From positions 4,661 through 68,660 of the forward strand of contig CBDCQT010000012.1 of assembly GCA_965220745.1 (NCBI GenBank): a stretch of 64,000 bases of DNA, in the 5' to 3' direction. The notes beneath the pieces were generated by a model. That model was not told the origin of the DNA and did no database searches. It saw nothing but the letters and a program-made list of their open reading frames with translations. Source of the stretch: Alphaproteobacteria bacterium (GTDB lineage Bacteria > Pseudomonadota > Alphaproteobacteria > UBA828). Made by a program: the position numbers and the translations under genes. This document shows positions 27,897 to 35,938 of this stretch, piece after piece (position 1 is the stretch's first letter; every line of letters starts with the position of its first letter).

Positions 27897-28198
27897 GCCT
27901 GCCTCCCCGACAGGACGGGAGACAGGGTCTCGACCGCTTCGCGAACCGTGGCGTCGGACAGGTGCGCGTATTTCAGAGTGGTCGACGCGTTCTCGTGACC
28001 GAGCAGGCGACCGACGGTGCGCACGCTCTCGCCGCAGAGCAGTGCCATGCTGGCGTAGGAATGTCTCGTGTCGTGCAGGCGGACGTCCTGCAGCCCGGCT
28101 TCCTCCCTCACGCTGCGCCAGAAGGGATCCAGCCACAGCCACGGGGTGCGCAAACCGGCAACCGGGAAGACCCATCCGGACTGTTGCTCGGCGCGCAT
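27893..28198 (-). pseudogene. tyrosine recombinase, C-terminal catalytic fragment only (type A, truncated copy)
   Basis: ...WVFPVAGLRTPWLWLDPFWRSVREEAGLQDVRLHDTRHSYASMALLCGESVRTVGRLLGHENASTTLKYAHLSD... aligns with the C-terminus of the 29477..30610 product. The arm and core-binding domains are missing. Confidence 0.7.
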
Positions 28199-28312
28199 GT
28201 TGGCCGCCGATCGGCGTAGTAAAGCGTTGATTCGCTTCGATTCCGAGGGGTCAAACTTCGACGCCGAACAACGGGTGAGGGGCGCGGCGCCTGCTGGCGG
28301 CGGCGCGCCGGG

Positions 28313-29473
28313 TCAGCCGCCGTTTCCGGCGTCGCCGCCATCCATTGTCCGCTCGATGGCTGCGCCGATTCGTTCCGCTGCCGCCTCGGTCTCCCGGTCG
28401 CCGACATGGGCGTAGCGCAGCGTCATGCCCGGATTCTTGTGACCCAGCAGGCGGGAGACAACCGGCAGCGGAACGCCTTGCAGGACGGCATGGCTGGCGA
28501 ACGTATGCCGAAGGTCATGAATTCGCACGTCTTCGATGCCGGCTTCCCTGCGCGCCAAGTACCAGAGCGGCAGGTGAGTCGACAGCGGCCGCGCCGGATC
28601 GAACGGCGAGGGAAAGACGAAGGCGCTGCCCGATCGCGGCTGGCGCTCCAGGATGGCGCGGGCCGGCGCATTCAGGAACACCTGTCTCGGTCCGGTCTTG
28701 GCGTCGGCGAGGTTGAGCGTGTCTGCGTCCACATCCTGCCAGCGCATGGTCACAATCTCGCTCTTGCGGCAGCCGGTCAGCAGCAGCAGGCGGATGATGT
28801 CAGCCTGTTGCACGCGCGACGGCCGCGCGCCGGCGTAGCGGTCCAGCACGCGGTGGAGGCGATAGACTTCATCGCACGAGAGGAAGCGGGTGAGCCTGGG
28901 TCGGGGGTTGCGCTTGATGCCGTGCGTGGGGTTGGTGTCGAGGTGGCCGCAGTCGATCGCATGGTTCAGTATCTGGCGGAGCACGTTCAACGCACGATTG
29001 GCCCCGCCCGGCGCAGTCCTGCTGTACTCGTCGAACCAGCGGGTCACGGCGATCCGGCCGATCCGGTCTAGCGGCATCGGGCCGAAGGCCGGAAGCAGGA
29101 GCCCGCTCAGGACCAGGCGCACGCCCTTTTGCGTCGACGGCTTGCATGTGTCGAGCCGCGCCTGCGCCGGCCCCGCGACGAAGTCCGCGAAGGTCGGGAC
29201 CGCTCCCCGTTCCGGCCTGCGGCCGTGCGGCGCGGTTTCGATTTCGAGGCACCGCGCACGCGCTTCCTCGACGCCCATGAGCGCGGCAGGTCCGAGGGTG
29301 ATCCTGCGCGCGCCGCCCTCGCCCTTGCGGCAATACACGAAGCTGCGGTGTCCCGACGGGCGGACGCGGACGCCGAGGCCCGCAAGGCGCGTGTCCCAGA
29401 CCGTATACTCGCGCGCCGCCGGCACAAGCTTCGCCACGTTGGCGTCGGTCAGACGCCGCCTCTTCGCGGCCAT
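28313..29473 (-). CDS. tyrosine recombinase/integrase, P4-like with DUF4102 arm domain (type B, copy 2)
   Basis: MAAKRRRLTDANVAKLVPAAREYTVWDTRLAGLGVRVRPSGHRSFVY...LLLLTGCRKSE...HDLRHT...LGHKNPGMTLRYAHV. The ATG lies 3 nt after the upstream integrase stop. Confidence 0.85.
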   Translation of the reverse strand: MAAKRRRLTDANVAKLVPAAREYTVWDTRLAGLGVRVRPSGHRSFVYCRKGEGGARRITLGPAALMGVEEARARCLEIETAPHGRRPERGAVPTFADFVAGPAQARLDTCKPSTQKGVRLVLSGLLLPAFGPMPLDRIGRIAVTRWFDEYSRTAPGGANRALNVLRQILNHAIDCGHLDTNPTHGIKRNPRPRLTRFLSCDEVYRLHRVLDRYAGARPSRVQQADIIRLLLLTGCRKSEIVTMRWQDVDADTLNLADAKTGPRQVFLNAPARAILERQPRSGSAFVFPSPFDPARPLSTHLPLWYLARREAGIEDVRIHDLRHTFASHAVLQGVPLPVVSRLLGHKNPGMTLRYAHVGDRETEAAAERIGAAIERTMDGGDAGNGG

Positions 29474-29476
29474 GCC

Positions 29477-30610
29477 TCAACCCTCCACCAGTGCGGCGCC
29501 GACGGTCTCGGCTGCCTCGCGCACCATCGCGTCGGACAGATGCGTGTATTTCAGCGTCGTCGCCGGATTGCGGTGCCCGAGGAGGCGGCCGATGGTCAGC
29601 ACCGTCTCGCCCTGCGCGAGCGCCATGCTGGCGTACGTGTGCCGGCAATCGTGAAGGCGGACGTCGGACAGACCGGCTTCCGCTCTGACGCGATGCCAGA
29701 ATTTGCCAAGCGTCACCGCGTGCACGAAGCCGGCCGTCCGCGGCGAGGGAAAGATCCAGGTTGCCGTACGAGGCAGTCCGTCGAGGACCGCGCGCGCGGG
29801 GGACGAGAGCCAGACCGTGCGCGGCCCCGACTTGGAGTCGCGCAGGAACAGCTTGCCCTCGCGGTACTCGCGCCACTTGAGCGAGACGATCTCGCCCTTG
29901 CGGCATCCGGTGAGCAGCAGCAGCCGTACGATCGCCACGACCTGCGGATTATCGGCCTCGTGGCGTGCCAGCACTTCGCCCAGCCGGCGCATCTCGGCGG
30001 TAGACAGGAAGCGCTCCCGGCCCTGGCGGCGGTAGCGCTTGATGTCCGCGCACGGATTGGTCCCCTCCGGGCGATAGCCGTAGACCTCGGCCTGGCTCAT
30101 GATGACCGAGAGCACCGGAGCCGAGCGGTCGGCCGCCACCGGGGTCTTGTGGAGGGAGGCGAACCATTGCCGGACGTCGCTCGCGGCGATGTCTGCGATC
30201 GGGCGCCCCTCGAACCAAGGCAGGATCTGGTTCTTGTAGTAGCCCCGGTTGACGTTGAGCGTCGAGGGCTTCCAGTTCCGGGCATAGCGGCGGAAGACTT
30301 CTTCGGCGACCGTCTCGAAGGCGACGTCCGCCGGTGCTGCAGTCTCGTCGCCGCTACCGTTGCGGATCGCGGCCAGCAGGCTCCTGGCCCGCTCGCGGGC
30401 CTCGTCCAGGCCAATGGCCCCGGCCTGGCCGACGATCTTCCAGAACCGCCGCCCGTTGTGCTGACTGTGGATGAAGTAACGCCTGGCGCCTGAGGGCAGG
30501 ACCCTTACGCCAAAACCCTTGAGTTCGCGGTCGCGCACGTCGTAGGCGGACTTGCGGGGCTTGAGCGCATCGACCCGGCGTTCGCTGAGGCGAACCGTGG
30601 CCATTGACAT
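29477..30610 (-). CDS. tyrosine recombinase/integrase, P4-like with DUF4102 arm domain (type A, intact copy)
   Basis: MSMATVRLSERRVDALKPRKSAYDVRDRELKGFGVRVLPSGARRYFI...LLLLTGCRKGE...HDCRHTYAS...LGHRNPATTLKYTHLSD. Confidence 0.85.
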   Translation of the reverse strand: MSMATVRLSERRVDALKPRKSAYDVRDRELKGFGVRVLPSGARRYFIHSQHNGRRFWKIVGQAGAIGLDEARERARSLLAAIRNGSGDETAAPADVAFETVAEEVFRRYARNWKPSTLNVNRGYYKNQILPWFEGRPIADIAASDVRQWFASLHKTPVAADRSAPVLSVIMSQAEVYGYRPEGTNPCADIKRYRRQGRERFLSTAEMRRLGEVLARHEADNPQVVAIVRLLLLTGCRKGEIVSLKWREYREGKLFLRDSKSGPRTVWLSSPARAVLDGLPRTATWIFPSPRTAGFVHAVTLGKFWHRVRAEAGLSDVRLHDCRHTYASMALAQGETVLTIGRLLGHRNPATTLKYTHLSDAMVREAAETVGAALVEG

Positions 30611-30698
30611 TCCTCCGGCGTTCCGTTGCAGCCGGGGCGAAATCGGGGATCGACTCCGTGTCCTCCGGCTAGATCAGGAGGAAAAAAGCAACGCTGTG

Positions 30699-31247
30699 TC
30701 AGTATGTTAGAACCGTAGGTGCGCCGGCGGGTGTGAAGTTGTCTGTGGCTTCGCCGATGGCGTCCCAGAGTTCCGGGACGGTGCGGGCGGCGCGTCGCTT
30801 GAGGTAGGCCTTGAACTTGGAGAAGGCCATCTCGATCGGGTTGAGGTCGGGGCTGTAGGGCGGCAGGAAGTGGAGCTCGGCCCCGGCCTGGTGAATGGCG
30901 TCGCGGACAGCGCTGCTGCGGTGGCAGGCAAGGTTGTCCATCACCACGATGTCGCCGGGCTTGAGCGTGGGCACCAGCACTTGGTCTACGTAGGCGAGGA
31001 AGGCGGCGCCATGCATGGCGCCGTCGAGCACCATGGGAGCGGTCATCCCGCTCAGCCTGAGGGCACCGACGAAGGTTGTGGTCTTCCAGTGGCCATGGGG
31101 CACAGGGGCGCGGCACCTCTGTCCGCGCGGAGCCCGGCCCGAGCGTCTCGCCATCTTGGTGGACGCGCCTGTTTCATCGACGAAGACGAGCTTCTCAGGG
31201 TCGAGATCGGGCTGGGCTTCGACCCAGGCGCGCCTGCGCCTGAGCAC
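30699..31247 (-). CDS. IS630-family transposase, DDE catalytic part
   Basis: ...[25 protein letters not shown]...[13 protein letters not shown]...[23 protein letters not shown] (DDE_3 signature). Confidence 0.8.
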   Translation of the reverse strand: MLRRRRAWVEAQPDLDPEKLVFVDETGASTKMARRSGRAPRGQRCRAPVPHGHWKTTTFVGALRLSGMTAPMVLDGAMHGAAFLAYVDQVLVPTLKPGDIVVMDNLACHRSSAVRDAIHQAGAELHFLPPYSPDLNPIEMAFSKFKAYLKRRAARTVPELWDAIGEATDNFTPAGAPTVLTY

Positions 31248-31248
31248 G

Positions 31249-31632
31249 TCAGCGCGTTGCTGCTCGCTGGCGTGCGCGGTTTTTTTTGAAGGTGATGCCG
31301 CGGCGGTGAAAGAAGCGCCACACCGCGCTCTGGGAGACCCGCAGGCCGTGCTCGTCCTCCAGGTGGGCGGCGATCTCCGCCAAGGTCATGTCCGGGGTCT
31401 CGTCCAGGAGCGCAAGCACCACCTCGGCCCGTGCCTCGATCCGCTGCGAGCGTCTGTCGCCGCCCTGCGCTCTCGGCCGCCAGCTGCCCGTGCGGCGCCA
31501 GGCGCTGACCCACTTGATCGCCGTCGACGGCGCGATGCCGAAGCGTCTCGCCGCGCTCCGCCGGGACATGCCGCCATCGACCACCGCCGTCACCACCCGA
31601 CGACGTAGATCATTCGAAAGAGGTCGCGTCAT
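31249..31632 (-). CDS. IS630-family transposase, N-terminal HTH part
   Basis: [42 protein letters not shown]... The frame ends shortly after an A8 tract (T8 on the + strand, 31280-31287). The catalytic part continues in another frame. Confidence 0.8.
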   Translation of the reverse strand: MTRPLSNDLRRRVVTAVVDGGMSRRSAARRFGIAPSTAIKWVSAWRRTGSWRPRAQGGDRRSQRIEARAEVVLALLDETPDMTLAEIAAHLEDEHGLRVSQSAVWRFFHRRGITFKKNRARQRAATR

Positions 31633-31722
31633 GCAGGCTGGCCTCCTTCACCAGCCTGCATCTTGAATCACATCTACAAGCAATTGAAAATTCTAAAGAT
31701 TCTATAAGGTCGAAAAATGCTC

Positions 31723-31891
31723 TAGAGCAATATCCGACCTGAGTGAATCGTATTAGTTTCCAATGACTTAATGCCCAACAGTCAGATGAACACGCTTTGT
31801 GCCGGAAGCTTGGCTAATGCGTCTGTGATGATTGTCAAGTTGCTTCGCCTTCAAAGCAGGCTGTGATCCAGGCTGATCGGATATTGCTCTA
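31723..31891. mobile_element. MITE related to the adjacent IS630-family element
   Basis: Perfect 15-bp terminal inverted repeats TAGAGCAATATCCGA (31723-31737) and TCGGATATTGCTCTA (31877-31891) enclose a ~140-bp AT-richer non-coding core. The termini resemble the IS630 end TAGAGCATTTTTCGACC. TA lies at both ends. Confidence 0.6.
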
Positions 31892-32050
31892 ACAATCACC
31901 CACTGAGGGCTTGCCGGCCACGCAAGGCGATTCCTGACCGCAGGTACATTCGGACCAAATACCTGATGTGTTGTTAAGCGTGGAAAATTGCCCCCCCTTT
32001 GAATGTGTCCATGAACACGCCCCGTCGTTGGACGGACGGGGTGGGGGGAG

Positions 32051-32596
32051 ATGCTGGTTGTGGAGACGATAGCGCGGATCCGTCGGGATCATCTTGTGAA
32101 GGGCGTTCCGATCAAGAAGCTCGCCCGTGATTTGAGGGTTTCGAAGAACACGATACGCAAGGTGGTTCGGGGCGATGCGACCTCGCACACGTATGAGCGC
32201 ACGATCCAGCCGATGCCGAAGCTTGGACCGTGGGTGGACGAGCTGGAGCGCCAGCTGGAGGCCAACGAGAGGACGCCACGCCGGCTGCGTCTGTCTCTGC
32301 TGCGGATCTACGAGGACCTTGCGGCCCAGGGCTACGAGGGCGGTTATGACGCGGTTCGCCGCTACGCCCGGGCGTGGCGGCGCCGGCGGCGCCTGTTGTC
32401 ACCGTCTCAGGCCTATGTGCCTCTGAGCTTCGATCCGGGCGAGGCCTACCAGTTCGACTGGAGCCACGAGTACGCGCGTCTGGCGGGGGCGACGAGCCGT
32501 GTGAAGGCCGCGCAGATGCGGCTCTGCTACAGCCGGATGCAGCTGGTCCAGGTCTTCCCGCGCGAAGGCCAGGAGATGGTCTTCGAGGCGCACGAG
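32051..32596 (+). pseudogene. IS21-family transposase IstA, N-terminal fragment truncated by IS3-family insertion
   Basis: MLVVETIARIRRDHLVKGVPIKKLARDLRVSKNTIRKVVRG...GEAYQFDWSHEY... The frame is cut at 32597 by the IS terminal repeat TGACCTGCCCCCGTCGAC. No istB or distal part follows. Confidence 0.8.
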
Positions 32597-33375
32597 TGAC
32601 CTGCCCCCGTCGACTGGTCCAAGTCGAATGTTAGTGCATTGCGGGTTTGCCGGCCAAGCTGGGTGACTGGCGGAGCGTAGCGGAGCCGGGCGGCCAGCTT
32701 GGCATGATGATCGTCTCCGGGGCGGGCGGCCGGTATCCCAGGCTGCCGTGTGGGCGGATCGCGTTGTAATGGCACCGCCACGATTCGATGAGAACCTGGG
32801 CTTCCTTCAGGGTGTAGAAGATCTCCCCGTTCAGGAGCTCGTCGCGCAGCCGCGCATTGAAGCTCTCGATGTAGCCGTTCTCCCAGGGTGAGCCCGGCTC
32901 GATGAAGGCGGTGCGGGCGCTGACCGCAGCGATCCACCGCCTGACGGCCTCGGCGACGAACTCCGGACCGTTGTCGGAACGGATCCAGGTCGGAATGCCG
33001 CGCAGGATGAACAGGTCGGTCAGCACATCGATGACGTCGATCGAGGAAAGCCTCCTGCGCACCCGGATGACCAGGCTCTCGCGGGTGAACTCGTCCAGGA
33101 CGTTGAGCATGCGGAAGGCCCTGCCGTCATACGTCCGGTGATGGACGAAGTCGTAGGACCAGACGTGATCCGCCCTCTCGGCGCGCAGCCGGATGCAGGA
33201 GCCGTCATTGAGCCAAAGCCGGCCCCGCTTCGGTTGCTTGCCGGGCACCTTCAGCCCCTCGCGCCGCCACAAGCGCTCGATCCGCTTGTCGTTGACCTGC
33301 CAGCCGGCATCGCGAAGCAGGGCCGCGATGCGGCGATAGCCGTAACGGCCGTACTGGCGGGCCAGCTCGATCATG
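32597..33375 (-). mobile_element. IS3-family element, truncated copy (right-hand 779 bp only), slightly diverged
   Basis: Starts with the same terminal repeat TGACCTGCCCCCGTCGACTGGTCCA. It is collinear with the distal orfB part of the full copies, with a few substitutions near the end (..RQSPSLAGKPAMH vs ..RRPPSLAEEPAMH). It stops abruptly where the next copy begins. Confidence 0.8.
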
Positions 33376-33409
33376 TGACCTGCCCCCGTCGACTGGTCCA
33401 GGTCGAATG

Positions 33410-34228
33410 TTAGTGCATCGCGGGTTCCTCGGCCAAGCTGGGTGGCCGGCGGAGCGTAGCGGAGCCGGGCGGCCAGCTTGGCATGATGATCGTCTCCGGG
33501 GCGGGCGGCCGGTATCCCAGGCTGCCGTGTGGGCGGATCGCGTTGTAATGGCACCGCCACGATTCGATGAGAACCTGGGCTTCCTTCAGGGTGTAGAAGA
33601 TCTCCCCGTTCAGGAGCTCGTCGCGCAGCCGCGCATTGAAGCTCTCGATGTAGCCGTTCTCCCAGGGTGAGCCCGGCTCGATGAAGGCGGTGCGGGCGCT
33701 GACCGCAGCGATCCACCGCCTGACGGCCTCGGCGACGAACTCCGGACCGTTGTCGGAACGGATCCAGGTCGGAATGCCGCGCAGGATGAACAGGTCGGTC
33801 AGCACATCGATGACGTCGATCGAGGAAAGCCTCCTGCGCACCCGGATGACCAGGCTCTCGCGGGTGAACTCGTCCAGGACGTTGAGCATGCGGAAGGCCC
33901 TGCCGTCATACGTCCGGTGATGGACGAAGTCGTAGGACCAGACGTGATCCGCCCTCTCGGCGCGCAGCCGGATGCAGGAGCCGTCATTGAGCCAAAGCCG
34001 GCCCCGCTTCGGTTGCTTGCCGGGCACCTTCAGCCCCTCGCGCCGCCACAAGCGCTCGATCCGCTTGTCGTTGACCTGCCAGCCGGCATCGCGAAGCAGG
34101 GCCGCGATGCGGCGATAGCCGTAACGGCCGTACTGGCGGGCCAGCTCGATCATGTACGCGACCAGGCGGTCCTCGTCGTCGCGGCCGCGCGGGATGCGGC
34201 GCTGGGTCGAGCGGTGCTGCCCCAGCAC
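33410..34228 (-). CDS. IS3-family transposase OrfB
   Basis: 272-aa product identical to that of 17651..18469. Confidence 0.85.
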   Translation of the reverse strand: MLGQHRSTQRRIPRGRDDEDRLVAYMIELARQYGRYGYRRIAALLRDAGWQVNDKRIERLWRREGLKVPGKQPKRGRLWLNDGSCIRLRAERADHVWSYDFVHHRTYDGRAFRMLNVLDEFTRESLVIRVRRRLSSIDVIDVLTDLFILRGIPTWIRSDNGPEFVAEAVRRWIAAVSARTAFIEPGSPWENGYIESFNARLRDELLNGEIFYTLKEAQVLIESWRCHYNAIRPHGSLGYRPPAPETIIMPSWPPGSATLRRPPSLAEEPAMH

Positions 34229-34302
34229 CCGGCAAGCGCGGCGTTCCGAGACCCCGAGCCGGTCACAGACATGATCGATGCACTGGCGCCGGCGCGAGGG
34301 GC

Positions 34303-34581
34303 TTAGAAGTTTCCCCCTGCGGCCTCTTTGAGAATCTGCTTGTCCAGCGTCAGATCGGAGACCGCACGGCGCAGCCGCTCGTTCTCCTTCTCGAGCTCCT
34401 TCAAACGGCGGAGCTGATCGCCGCTCATCCCGGCATACTCCTTGCGCCAGCGGTAGAAGGTAACCTCGCTGATCCCAAGCTCGCGGATCGCGTCCGCCAT
34501 CGACATGCCCTGGCCGTTCAGAACCTCAGCCCGCCGCAGCAGGCTCACGATCTCCTCGGGCTTGTAACGCTTCCTTGCCAT
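34303..34581 (-). CDS. IS3-family transposase OrfA
   Basis: Product identical to that of 17298..17576. Confidence 0.85.
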   Translation of the reverse strand: MARKRYKPEEIVSLLRRAEVLNGQGMSMADAIRELGISEVTFYRWRKEYAGMSGDQLRRLKELEKENERLRRAVSDLTLDKQILKEAAGGNF

Positions 34582-34846
34582 CGTCGGTCCTCCTCTTTCC
34601 ATAACCTAAGGGTGGACCAATCCGATGGGGGAGGATCAATTGGAGGTCAGGAATGGTCGGGAGTTTACTTCGGAGTGCTTACTTGGTGAATATTTGCTTC
34701 GATCCGACGCCTCACTCGAATTCGAGCGTTCTTTCAAGCTATTGACGTACAAAGAGTTTGACCGCTCGTGATGCAGACCGTGTTGGTGGTAAGAAATGCG
34801 GGTTAGACTCCGTGCCGGCTGCAATCCGGCTGAGGGAGCGCCGCCG

Positions 34847-35734
34847 ATGACTCGTATCGACATCCAGTTCACCCTGTTCTCGGCCTTCTATTCGCCACTA
34901 ATCGCGACGATGGCCGGGGGGTTCCTGACTGAGGAGGGGCTGGAGGCGGACTGGTCGGTCGCGCCGCCGGGAGGTTCCGCCATCGCGGCCCTGAGGGAAG
35001 GCACCGCCCATGTCGTGCAGTCGGCGCCGAGCCAGGCTTTTGGGTCGCTGTCGAAGGGCGAAGACCCCGGCGTCGTCCACTTCGCCCAGATCAACGAGAT
35101 GGATGGCTTTTTCCTCATCGGGCGGGCGCCGGACCTGGACTTTGACTGGCGGAAGCTGGAGGGCGCTGAGGTCGTGCTGTTCGGCGGCGGCCAGCCGCTC
35201 GCCATGTTCAGGTATGCTTGCCACAAGGCGGGTATCGATTACGGCCGGCTGAAGGCGATCCATCCGGGCAATGCCGCGGAGATCGACCGCGCCTTTCGCG
35301 ACGGCGTGGGCCAGTACGTCCAGCAACAGGGACCGTTTCCCCAGCAGCTGGAGGCGGAGGGCATCGGCCATGTCGTGGCGCAGGTCGGCCGCCAGGTCGG
35401 CCGCTGCGGCTTCTCCAGCTTGTGCGCCCGGCCGGATTGGCTGGAAACACGCATGGCGCGGGCCTTTACACGCGCGTATCGCAAGGCCCGGCTCTGGCTC
35501 AACGAAACGCCGGCCGCCGAGGTCGCTCGCGCCGAGCAACCCTACTTTCCGGAGATCGATCTGGCGGCGCTTGAACGCTGCATCGCCGCCTACCAACAAC
35601 TCGGCTGCTGGGCGCCGCATATCGAGATTACCCGCCCAGCTTATGAGGCATCGCTCGATATCTTTGCCTACAACGGCCTGATCTCCGAACGCTTCGCCTA
35701 CGAGCGGGTCTGTGTAGCGCCGCCGGAAGATTAG
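34847..35734 (+). CDS. NMT1/THI5-like (SsuA/TauA-type periplasmic-binding fold) protein without signal peptide
   Basis: Start MTRIDIQFTLFSAFYSPLIATMAGGFLTEEGL... Type II binding-protein-like pattern. No N-terminal signal sequence is visible. Confidence 0.55.
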   Translation: MTRIDIQFTLFSAFYSPLIATMAGGFLTEEGLEADWSVAPPGGSAIAALREGTAHVVQSAPSQAFGSLSKGEDPGVVHFAQINEMDGFFLIGRAPDLDFDWRKLEGAEVVLFGGGQPLAMFRYACHKAGIDYGRLKAIHPGNAAEIDRAFRDGVGQYVQQQGPFPQQLEAEGIGHVVAQVGRQVGRCGFSSLCARPDWLETRMARAFTRAYRKARLWLNETPAAEVARAEQPYFPEIDLAALERCIAAYQQLGCWAPHIEITRPAYEASLDIFAYNGLISERFAYERVCVAPPED

Positions 35735-35938
35735 CCCAAAATCCTGGCCGCGGTTACGGCCAAAAAGCGCCCAGCCGGTGCAATCCGCCGCAAAACCATA
35801 TATGCACCGCCCCTGACGCGCGCGAACCGGAACCGGGCCGGAGGCCCGGACGGCGCGACCGCGCCGCGCGCCGAAGACGCGGAGCCAAGCGAGCGGAGCG
35901 AGCGCCCGGCGACTGAGGGAAACGAACAAGAGCGAATC

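Larger units (their letters stand above)
30670..31724 (-). mobile_element. IS630-family insertion sequence, apparently complete
   Basis: The end at 31724 reads (rc) TAGAGCATTTTTCGACC. The proposed other end, TAGATCAGGAGG at ~30670, is weaker. It encodes HTH and DDE_3 parts. The lower boundary is approximate. Confidence 0.65.
33376..34638 (-). mobile_element. IS3-family insertion sequence, 1263 bp, full copy
   Basis: Encodes OrfA and OrfB proteins identical to copy 1. Ends TGACCTGCCCCC... (33376) and ...GGGGGAGGATCA (34638). The flanking tetranucleotides CATG and ATTG do not match. Confidence 0.85.

Noticed and set aside
26724-30610. Recombinase-in-trio (RIT) element
   Set aside because: The genes fall into two, not three, sequence types arranged as A-B-A'-B, and all carry P4-like arm domains. 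I saw no long terminal inverted repeats. The array is reported instead as a duplicated two-integrase module.
32631-33716. 361-aa minus-strand ORF appearing to be a longer transposase
   Set aside because: It is a chimeric reading frame created by the junction of the truncated and full IS3-family copies at 33375/33376, not a distinct gene.
17241-34638. Possible composite transposon formed by the two inverted identical IS3-family copies
   Set aside because: Copy 1 has its own intact 4-bp target duplication (GCCC on both sides). The outer flanks of the pair (GCCC vs ATTG) do not match. The copies therefore inserted independently.
34740-34846. TPP riboswitch upstream of the NMT1/THI5-like gene. 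..GCCGGCTGCAATCCGGCTGAGGGA.. resembles the P5 hairpin plus AGGGA.
   Set aside because: The 5' half is absent (no GGGG...CTGAGA...ACCC core and no ACCTGATC). The resemblance is limited to one hairpin overlapping the RBS.
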